Below are positions 23,341 through 32,914 of a DNA stretch of 64,000 bases, in pieces (position 1 is the first letter of the stretch; every line of letters starts with the position of its first letter). Location of the stretch: assembly GCA_040285855.1 (NCBI GenBank), contig JAUFOQ010000017.1, positions 1,612,001-1,676,000 on the forward strand. Direction: 5' to 3'. The DNA is from Eukaryota sp. GEM-RC1. Taxonomy: Eukaryota. A program made the translations under genes and the position numbers. Below the pieces are notes generated by a model. The model was not told the DNA's origin, did not search any database, and worked only from the letters and a program-made list of their open reading frames with translations.

Positions 23341-26300
23341 ATGTCGACATCAATTCTCTCACACGCTCCTCAAGAACAAGGTAGTATAATGAGATGTTGG
23401 AGTTACTCTTCCGCTTGCTGCCGCCTTACTACTTCACTCCTCACACGCTCCTCAAGAACAAGGTAGTATAATGAGATGTTGGAGTTACTCTTCCGCTTGC
23501 TGCCGCCTTACTACGTCACTCTCACACGCTCCTCAAGAACAAGGTAGTATAATGAGATGTTGGAGTTACTCTTCCGCTTGCTGCCGCCTTACTACGTCAC
23601 TCTCACACGCTCCTCAAGAACAAGGTAGTATAATGAGATGTTGGAGAATTATTTTCGTTTTCGTTAGTGAAACAGCCCATGTGAATTGTGTTCATGTGCT
23701 TTCCATCATACCCTCGACTTCGTCTCGTAGTATTCCTCAGATGATCCTTTGTGTTGTTTCATCATCTATTTCTGCTTTGTGTCTCATATTACGTATAGTT
23801 TTCTCCTCCCGTCCCCCATTCAAAGAAGACTTAACCATGGATGGTGACGTGGAATCCAATCCCGGACCGTTGTCCAAAGACTCCCTAGAGTATCTGAATC
23901 CTGGCCAATGGATAGATGATTACGCCCTTTCTGAATACTCAAAACACCAATTCAAAGAAGCAAACCTTGATTGGGAATGCTATTTCATTACTCCAGATGA
24001 GATGTGGTCAGATTTTTTAACTGATGGATACTGCCAAAATAAGATTGATGACGCCAATCTGGAGAGAAGCACCAGATACTTCGCTGTTCCTCTCAACGAT
24101 GCTATGAATACAACAGGTGGATCTGGAGGAGTTCATTGGGGTCTAATGGTAATAGACTGTGCGGAAAACAACGCGATATTTGTGGATCCAATTGTTGGTT
24201 CTTCTTATCTAAGTTCTGTTGTAGATGAATTATGTAGGAAAGTAACATTGAACGTACAGAGGGTCAACATCAGCAAGACACAGACTCCTAATGACTGTGG
24301 TATTTATGTTATTGGTTATATTCAAAAATTTGTTGAACTCATTTCAAGGGATGGCATCAATCTATCTTTGATCTCTATTGAACGTGCTTTAATCCAAGTT
24401 AACATTGAACTTAATGCTGCAGATCTCCGTAAACAGATTCAAAAATTGTTTACTTATGTTGACGATCAATTGTTCATCAAATATTCCAAAATACTTGTGG
24501 AATCAACAGGTTTAATCTTTTATGACTATGTAATTGGGCCAACTGATTTTTATCCGTTATTATATGGTGACCAACCCTATAATAAATATCCATTTTCAGA
24601 TTTTTTGACGCAGAAATTCTTCCAATGTGGTCAAAACAACCAACAAATGCTACTTGTTCCTGACAATAGTGCAATGTGTGATCTTACTGCTGATGGTCGT
24701 CATTGGGGTTTAATTATTCTGATCATTTCATCTCCTACAAGTCATATTTTATTCATTGATCCGACCTACGTTGAGGATGATTATGCCAGAGAATTTCCTG
24801 CTAACCAAACGCCAGTTGCACCATCTTCCTCCAATTTATTTACAATTGTGTCAAAAATTTATTCAGTGTTGTCAATGTGTGAAACCAGAAATATAGAATT
24901 TATTCCATCAAATATCAAACATACTCTAACTGACTCTGGTTTTTGTGTTCTCGAATACATTGATCTTTTAATGAATTTAGATCAATCTGTGGTCATAAGG
25001 TGGACTGATGTTAAAGAACTGCTGGGTAATACCACTATTGCTGTTCACGTGTCTCGAAGTAAAATTTTGGAACATTTTGAAACTTTTAGTCCTGTTGATT
25101 TGTCGCATGTGCCAAAAATGCCAGCCGTCCCTCCAAAACGTTTGTCCAGTTCAAGTGTTTCAACCGGTGCCACTCCTCAAACTAAAGTTTCTGCCATTAA
25201 CTTATTGCCACCGACTGTATCAAAACCTGTTCCTGCGTCTCTCACAGGTTTGCGTCTAGCTAGCACTAAAGCATCCACTGGTTTAAGCACCAAAAAAAGT
25301 AAACCCAAACTTGCATCACCAAGAGGTTCACCTCTAATTAAACAAAAGGAATCCAGAACAACCAACTCCCTTGTATCAACTGGTATCACTCCTCAAACTA
25401 ACATTTCTGTGACCACCGTATCTGAACCCGTTCCTTCGTCTCCAACTCCAAAACCATCAATTACAGAACAAGAACCCAATCAATCACAAAAGTTCTGTCT
25501 AATTGAGATAAAAAGTGTGATCTCAGATCCTGAACGCTTGAATCTTAAAGTCGTTCGAGTTAAACAGGAGCCAGAAGTAGACGAAGAGATTGAATCAACT
25601 TCAGAAGGTATTCCACAAATTCAGGATACTACTTTTGAAATTCAGCGTGATCCAGATTTAGATCCAATTGTGTCAATCTCTCTTCAGTTTACCCATGATA
25701 AATTTGCAAATGAAACTCACCTATTCACCCATAATGTTTCAGAAATTTTACTTCCTAATTGTGTAGTTCACACGTTTACAACTGAAAAATCAATGTTAAC
25801 AAATTTCATTACATTTTTAAATCTTAACAAGCCCAGTTTGTTAATAAGTTATGATTGGCATTTAGATACTTTTCCGTTTTTAGTATCACGATGTAAAAAA
25901 TTAGAAATTGACATTGATTATACAATTGATGATTACATTTCTTCTCTTCCATCTTGGTTCCACAGATGGTGCAAACCAACGGAAATTGGTCCTTTTATTC
26001 ACTTGACTTGAATTCAGTATTGAAGAAGTTGTATGTCTTTAGAAGAGGTCGGTTTTTGGAAAACGTGACAACAATTATGATGGACATGAATAATCATTCA
26101 AGAACATTTGAAAGTTTTGACAATGAAAATATCTTCCTTAAGAGAATATTTCACTCTTTAGACAATCCTCTAGTGTCAGATGAAGAAATTAAGGTTAAAA
26201 CTGACGAACGTCAAAACAAAGCTCCATCTGTAAAACTAAAACCCAAAGCTGAAATGGAGATTCGATTGTTAGCAGAATTAACAAAACTTAATGAACTTTG

Positions 26301-29300
26301 GGAATCTAAAACTTCGAGAGACACTTCGAGAGCCACTTTGTTATTGAACTCAATCAATAAGTTGTTTCTAATACAATACATTCTCTTTGATCTTCTCGAT
26401 GAAAAGAAGCAAAAATTAAGAGAACGATCACCAATGAAGGCGGTGAAGAAACGATTAGATAATGTTGTATCAAAGACTAAAGCGAATTGGATTGAATCTT
26501 GTGCTAAGAGAGCTCATCAGGTCAGAGTTCGTGGTACACATATGTTGAAACATTTTTTCGTTACTAAGTTTCACAACTCTCTAATTTTCGACAAGGTCAA
26601 AGAGATACTACCTCCCACTGTTAAAGAAGAAACTGAAACAGACACAGAAGTTTCAGACACTGAACAAACAGAAATTTTAAGTGAAGAGTTTGTGCCTCAA
26701 CAATTAGAAGAAGAAACTGAATTGCCTGTGACTTCAGACCCTGATTTTGGTTTGGATCGTACAAATTGAATCCGAAATTTCAGAAGAAGACAGTCAAATT
26801 TTAGAAGAAGACAGTATTGAAAATGAAACTGGTGAACCTGAACTTGACCTTTTTACTAAAATTCAAACTACCAAATTTGAATTACCAGACTGGGGAGCTT
26901 ACTTTAAGAAGGTTCCAATGGCACAACTGTTGGCCATGATGTGGATTCCAAATCACCAATTTTTCAACAGCACTGATCATATTAAAACTGTGGAAAACTC
27001 TTTAAACAACATCATTTCTAATGCAAAAACAACAACTACAAAGAAGGAGTTCGCCCAACACTTCCTATCAAACTACATCCCTCTGTTAGAAACTGCTGGT
27101 GAAATGGTTGGTAAAGATAGGATCGTGTTTCCAAGTGGACTATATTTGTCTAACTCTCTCGGTTACGTTGCAACCGAAATTATTGCTAATTATAAGAACA
27201 ACATGAGCCAACACTTTCATGAGTATGTTTTTCAAGTCTTTAACTTGGTTACTCAAAAGAAAGAGAGAATGGAAGCTCTTACTGACAAAACCCAAAGACA
27301 AGAACTCTGTCAAAGGATTAATGAAGTTAGAGAATTGATCATTAATGGTGAAATTTCCAAAATTAATTTTGATGACAAGCAAGTTTTTACCAATCCGGAA
27401 TCTCACTTGAGTATATTATTCTTCAATTATTTGTTTAATTATTTTGAAGGAAAGACGGAGAAAACGATCTACTATGCCGAAAAGAGTGATCCGTTATACT
27501 TTTTAAGTCATGCATTATATTTGAACCGTCTCATTGAAGACTATTGTCCTGGTGTAAGAGCAAACAATCCTTTCCCATTGTCTAAATCTTTAATTCCAAA
27601 TCATATCAGGTTCGATACACAATGGTTTCACGAAATATTTTGTAGGGATCTTCCCTATAAATATAATGTAGTACGGAAACTTATTTGGAATTCAGTATTA
27701 AAACCTCAGGCTATTCCAGAGTAATTATCCTATGACTTTAAATACACTTCAATTTCGTCAGACGGTTTAAGTTGTAGTTTATTAATGATGCGGAAAGATA
27801 TACTTGATGAAAATGGAAATACTCGTGAAAATGTTACAGCAGTTAATCTTGCTTCAAATGAGCGTTATATTGATTCCTTAAGTGAAGATGAAATTGAAGA
27901 ACTGAATTTAAAATCTAAGAGAATTGTTGCTGTTGACCCCAACCAACATGATCTCATGTATTGTGCAAGTTTAAAAACTGATGAGGAAGAGGCGTGTGAG
28001 AAATTTGAAGTTGATGAAACAAAACAATTGATAGAAAAGGGAATGACTAATGCTTGTGTTACAGAAGTTGATCTTGCTTCCAATGAACAATCTGGTGATT
28101 CCTCAGACGAGAAAGATGATTCCTCAGGTGAGAAGGAAATTGAGCCCAAGCCAGTTACCCCAACTAGAAAAAGAAAGATTGCTCCATTATCTTCTAAGAA
28201 AAGGGGAAGTTTGAAAAAAATGAAAAAACAATTAAATGATTGGAAGCAAGACACTAACCCACAACCTGTAAAGTGGAAAAGGCGTGACAAATGGAAGGTG
28301 TTCCGATACACTGCTGGGGAGAGAAAGGCAGATATTAACAAATCTAGATGGAAACCAAGAAAAAATCAGCCATCATAGTTCCAAAAAAATTGACAAAGAA
28401 ACAAAAAAGAAAAAAGCTAAAAAGGAACGAAAGAAAAAAAGAAATTTCAAAAAACTTGAAAGAAAGCGCTGTAACAAAAACATTGTCGAATTGACTGAAA
28501 GTGAACGTTTACAGAGGTACTCAACTGAGTTTGAGAAGAGTGTGTGGAATGGTCAAAAGTACTGGATTCCTACAGTTCTGATACTCCAAGAAGAAAATCA
28601 TGTAAATTGGAAGAATTTTCAAGGTACATGGTTAACAATGAAGTTTTCTGTGCATTAATGAGATCAACCACAACTGGAAAAGCAACTGCTGAAGGATTAC
28701 CTAAAAAGAAAGGACCATCTAAGAATCCATCTAAGAAAGGACCATCAAAGAAACTACCTAAGACAGGACCAACTCAACAAATACCTGCTGCAGCTGAAGG
28801 TCTTTATGAAGAGAAATTTTTTAGACGTAGACGCCTTACCCAGTATTCAAGAAAAGAACGAAGTGAACAAAACTTGGTCCACAGATTAGCTCTCCAATAT
28901 GGTGATCCCACTGAAGTCGTTGTTGGTTTTGGGGATTGGAATGACACTCTATTCCGAAGAAGAAGGGGTAAGGCAAGTACAGTAAAAGGAGCTACTCTTC
29001 GAAACTTGCTAAGAAAATTTGGATTTAAAGTTTTCTTAGTTGATGAATTTATGACAAGCAAATGTTGCTCTGCTTGTGCTGCTGAAAACCAGGAAGGTAT
29101 CTGTTCCAATCCTGACTTTGTCAAAGTCACTGATCCTAATTGGAAGAAGAAGTTACAGAAGGAGGAGAAGAAATTGAAAAAAGAAATTATGGAACACAAT
29201 CAATTAGACCATGTTGTGAAACGTAATTTTAAAGATGAATGGACCAAACAGTTGCCATTTTCGAAAGCAAGGTTGAAGAGCAACAAAGTCTCACCATGGG

Positions 29301-29686
29301 GCTTAGTCCAATGTGCTAAATGTCATGTCCTCTGGAATAGAGACTTCAACTCTGCTATTAACATTTATAACATTGTAAATGGAATTATCCAAGGTCAAGG
29401 TAGACCTGCTGTCCTCGAGAGACCAAAATCTCAAACAATAACTATCGAGGATGGTGGGATTACAGATCAGGTTCCCAAGAAGAAGAAGAGTGTGAGTAAG
29501 TGTCAGTATTGTCATATGGAAGGTCATACAACGGCAAAGTGTCCTCAAAGACCTGTGCCTCCTAAAAGTCCTCGCAAATGTAGTGAATGTAGGCAACCAG
29601 GACATGATAGAAGAAATTGCCCAAGTAAGGCCCAGAAAGATGTACCCAAAGACTCACAAGTAGAGAATGAAGAACCGGAATCCTGA
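23341..29686 (+). CDS. Putative polyprotein: leader-2A-[Ulp1/SENP8-like protease x2]-[degenerate PolB exonuclease]-Fanzor1 nuclease-2xCCHC; broken by about 5 single-base frameshifts and one in-frame TAA (27722-27724)
   Basis: ORFs 23471-26011, 25954-26769, 26747-27724, 27785-28378, 28284-28658 and 28544-29686 overlap or abut; conserved motifs run across the junctions (PFIH/LDL; IPE*LSYDFKYTSISSDGLSCS; NGQK/VLDS). Confidence 0.75.
23356..23646 (+). repeat. 81-bp tandem repeat, about 3.6 near-identical copies, at the 5' end of the Fanzor polyprotein gene
   Basis: Units start at 23356, 23437, 23519 and 23600 (CTCTCACACGCTCCTCAAGAACAAGGTAGTATAATGAGATGTTGGAG...); no spacers. Confidence 0.95.
23828..23869 (+). 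other. 2A-like ribosomal skipping (StopGo) motif
   Basis: DLTMDGDVESNPGP matches the D(V/I)ExNPG|P consensus exactly, in frame just before the first protease domain. Confidence 0.85.
26434..29686 (+). mobile_element. Fanzor1 (eukaryotic TnpB homolog) coding region
   Basis: N-terminal MKAVKKRLDNVV...AHQVRVRGTHMLK; YKNNMSQHF; FPLSKSLIPNHIRFDT; ISSDGLSCS; RuvC-I VAVDPN (D 27935); VVVGFGDW; RuvC-II VFLVDEFMTSK (E 29045); Zn ribbon CSAC...CAKC; RuvC-III WNRDFNSAINI (D 29342). Confidence 0.92.
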
Positions 29687-29837
29687 ATCTTATAAGTTAG
29701 CTCGTCCTAAAAGGCTTGCAAATGAGTGGCACAATGTGTCAAACTGTGGTGATAGTGCATTATGCATTTGAAATGAAATCCACAGGACCAGGATTTCCTT
29801 TTGACGTGCTGTGTGTGATCACATATTCCCAAAACGG
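29687..29837 (+). ncRNA. Candidate Fanzor omegaRNA scaffold (3' part displaced to 31011 onward by a hAT insertion)
   Basis: Directly after the Fanzor stop: stem GCACAATGTGTCAAA (29729-29743) pairs with TTTGACGTGCTGTGT (29800-29814), enclosing CTGTGG/CCACAG (29744-49/29780-85) and inner hairpins; position matches that of known omegaRNAs. Confidence 0.5.
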
Positions 29838-31002
29838 TAGGGCTGTTAATGGGAGATGGGAGTTTCTCCCACTCCCAACACGTGTTCTCCCACTACCACT
29901 CCCACCTCCCACTTGTCATAGGTGAGACTCCCACTACCACTCCCACTCACAACAAATTCTCCCAACTCCCACCCAACTCCCATTTTTGTATCTTCTAGTA
30001 CAATGACACTTTACTTTATAAACATAACAATCACTAACTCTATCTCTGATTCATGAACAACTCTCTCATCTCCCGACCTTTGAACCATGATTTCAAACAA
30101 AGGACTACTTCAATAGAATCACTACTCAAGGAAGCTCGTAACTTCGTAACAACACACCCTGCCTGAGAAAATAACTGTTCACTTGGAACTGATGAGGCTT
30201 GTGTTGTCATAAAGTTCTTAGCATACAATGTATGCGGATAGTCGTGAATACCTGTTGAAACACAACACATTTTGTATTTTAAACCAAATTCAGTAATAAT
30301 TTCTTCCACAGCATCGGCAATGTTGATGGCAGTGTGGTTTTCTTTCAGGTGCTTAAAACCGTGGACGTACATTGTAAATGTTTAAATTCCAGTCTTCAAT
30401 ACAGTGAACTGTTACCCCATTAAAATGCTTGTTTGTATTCGATGTCCATCTATCAATCCTAATAGATACTTTAGAAGAATTACACACATTTTTGAATTTA
30501 TCTATCAAGTATCCTTTAAATGACTCATAAACATTCAACATATCATTTCTTATCGTGGTTCTTTTTGGAATTTTGAAACTGAAAGAGAGGAAACAAATTC
30601 AATAAAATCAGGATGTTTAAACAGACCAGAGTTTTCAGGATCTTCAGATAAATCAAGCGATGACATTGGTTGAAATTTACAGATAAACAACCACGCTCTT
30701 TATAAAACGAAAATAAATAAAACAAAACAAAGACAGTAAAAATGTAATACACCTAGTCCTATTAATATTCTAGAAAAATTATAACTGTATTTGTCTAGCT
30801 AGCTTGTTTCTGTTTTAAATTGAAGTTAGAGTTGTGTCTGTAAATGGGAGATGGGAGATTTTGGGAGTTCCCACCTCCCAACGGAGAGCTCCCACTCCCA
30901 CTCCCAAAAATTGCTACTGAAGCTCCCACTCCCACTCCCAAGGGTCATGGGAGATGGGAGTTGGGTGGGAGTTGGGAGAAATGGGAGAAATTGACAGCCC
31001 TA
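29838..31002 (-). mobile_element. Internally deleted hAT DNA transposon
   Basis: TIRs TAGGGCTGTTAAT / ATTGACAGCCCTA; exact TSD CAAAACGG (29830-37, 31003-10); CTCCCA subterminal repeats; transposase remnants SIRIDRWTS and ASSVPSEQLFSQAG...RASLS. Confidence 0.95.
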
Positions 31003-31194
31003 CAAAACGGTCTATCCTTCTTCGAATCTCAGAACGTGTTGTCATGATACACATATTGTGTCCGAATCCATACGAACCTAAACTATACTAGATTGATGCT
31101 CAATTGTTGAAATCAGCTTAAAACTCCACAAACTGTGTTAACACGTGTTGTGACTATTGGGACAATCCCATTGTTTAGTCCATTTTTCCGATCA

Positions 31195-31671
31195 ATGCAA
31201 TTGCTTGTGCTCTCACTCTTAATCATTGCCGCCCTGGCTGACGATTATTTCTACGTCGACGGTGACACTCCTATTGTGTTCTCTGCCGAATCTAATACAG
31301 TTCTTACTGCCCGTCAGGTTTTATTTCATGCTCAAAATGCTGGATTCTCTGGACAACTTGCTCATACTATGGTGTGTGTGGCAAAGTATGAATCCTCTTA
31401 TAACCCTAAAGCAATTCATAAGAACAGAAATGGATCCATAGATTATGGACTGTGGCAAGTATGTTCTATTTCACTCTAATCTTCGATCAATGACAGATGG
31501 TGGTGTGGAAGTGGTGGTTCTGCCAATGGTTGCCATATCTCTTGTAATAACTTGCTCGGTGCTGACGCCAATGCCCGTTGTGCTAAGATTGTACACAAAC
31601 AACAAGGTTTGAATGCATGGTACGCGTACAAAAGTCACAAGTCTGAATGTGACCACTTCAAAGTGAAATAA
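31195..31671 (+). CDS. Secreted c-type (GH22-like) lysozyme; intron 31459-31485
   Basis: Signal peptide MQLLVLSLLIIAALA; VCVAKYESSYN (catalytic E); NGSIDYGLWQ|INDRWWC (catalytic D); NGCHISCNNLL...CAKIV...GLNAWYAY after splicing. Confidence 0.9.
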
Positions 31672-31789
31672 CTACATGTAGCATTTATGTAGATATAAAT
31701 TCTTTTCCAATTCATTAGGACTCAATATGATGATGTGACATAGTCCTTGTTTATTCTACATTCTTCAGACTTTGGCCATTACACTCCTA

Positions 31790-32914
31790 GGTAGCTTTGA
31801 TGACGTTCGAAAAGATATTTGGCACTCAGTTTTGAAACCAAAGTGTCTTCCAAAGTCATTGTCTCATGACTTCAAATACAGTTCTATTTCTACAGATGGA
31901 GTGAGCTGTAGTTTAATAATGATGCGGAAAGATCTGCTTGATGGGAGAGGTAATCCTCATAAGAATGTGAAAGCTGTTGACTACACAGCTACTGAAAGGT
32001 ACATTGATTCTTTGAGTTCCACAGAAATTCAAAACTTAAATTTGAAATCCAAAAGAATTGTTGCTATTGACCCTAATCAGCATGATTTGATGTATTGTGC
32101 TTCTTTAAAATCTAAGGAGGAAAAGGAAATCGAAGGTTTCGATACGTCAGCCAATCTCAGAAGAAGAAAGATTTCTCCAAAGTCATCAAAGAAAAAAGGA
32201 AGTTTGAAAAAATTGAAAAAGGAATTGAAGGATTGGAAAGACGCACCAACTATTGACAAACCATCAACTGTCAAGTTGAAAAATCGTGATAATTGGAAAG
32301 TATTCAGATACACTGCTGGGGAGCGCAATGCCGATATTAAAAAAGTCTCCATGTAAAAAAGAAAAAAACAAGGAAGGAAAGAAAAAGAGCTAAGAGAAAG
32401 AAGAGGAAGCTGGAGAAGAAAATAAGACAATATAATCTCTACCGTTTATCTGAATCCGAACGGTTGCAACAATATTCTACCCAATTTATTCACAGTCCAG
32501 ATGGCAGACGCATTGGCATAAACGGGCAACAAATTTTAGATCAATGGGGTTCTAACTCGCCAGGCAGTAAATCTTGTGATTTGACTCTGTATTCTGCTTT
32601 TGTTCTTGGTAAAGAAATTGCCTGTTCTTTACTACGATCACCCACTACTGATCAAAGAACTACTGAAGGAATTTACGAAGAAAAGTGGTTTAGACGTAGA
32701 CGCTTAACACAATATTCAAGAAAGGAACGAAGTGAGAAAAACATGCTTCACAGATTTGCTCTCCAGTTTGGAAACCCAGATGAAGTCGTTGTTGGGTATG
32801 GAGACTGGAACGACACTGCTTTTCGTCGAAGAAGAGGTAAAGCATCTACTGTAAAAGGTGCTTCAATTCGGAAATTATTAAGAAAATTTGGATTTAAAGT
32901 GTTCCTAGTTGATG
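31790..32914 (+). pseudogene. Second, diverged Fanzor1 fragment, truncated at both ends
   Basis: RKDIWHSVLKPK...ISTDGVSCSLIMMRKD, VAIDPNQHDL, VFRYTAGER, RRRRLTQYSRKERSE, VVVGYGDW, FKVFLVD collinear with 27670-29044; ends at the retrotransposon junction. Confidence 0.9.

Noticed and set aside
23356..23646. CRISPR-like array next to an RNA-guided nuclease
   Set aside because: Units are head-to-tail and essentially identical, with no unique spacers; this is a plain tandem repeat.
25490..26430. Polinton/viral DNA polymerase B gene
   Set aside because: Only an exonuclease-like domain is present; no polymerase motifs, capsid, packaging ATPase or integrase were recognised.
27722..27724. Alternative genetic code (TAA read as an amino acid)
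   Set aside because: ARF, gshA and the lysozyme end at TAA at their expected C-termini, and the paralog has TCA at this site.
27865..29605. Minus-strand ORFs over the Fanzor gene (27865..28341, 28804..29199, 29303..29605)
   Set aside because: Antisense shadows of Lys/Glu-rich coding sequence with no independent motifs; 58772..59293 and 60674..60982 are similar shadows.
29816..29825. TGTGATCACA similarity between the omegaRNA candidate and the 60436 hAT subterminal repeats
   Set aside because: A single short palindrome with no extended homology; likely coincidence.
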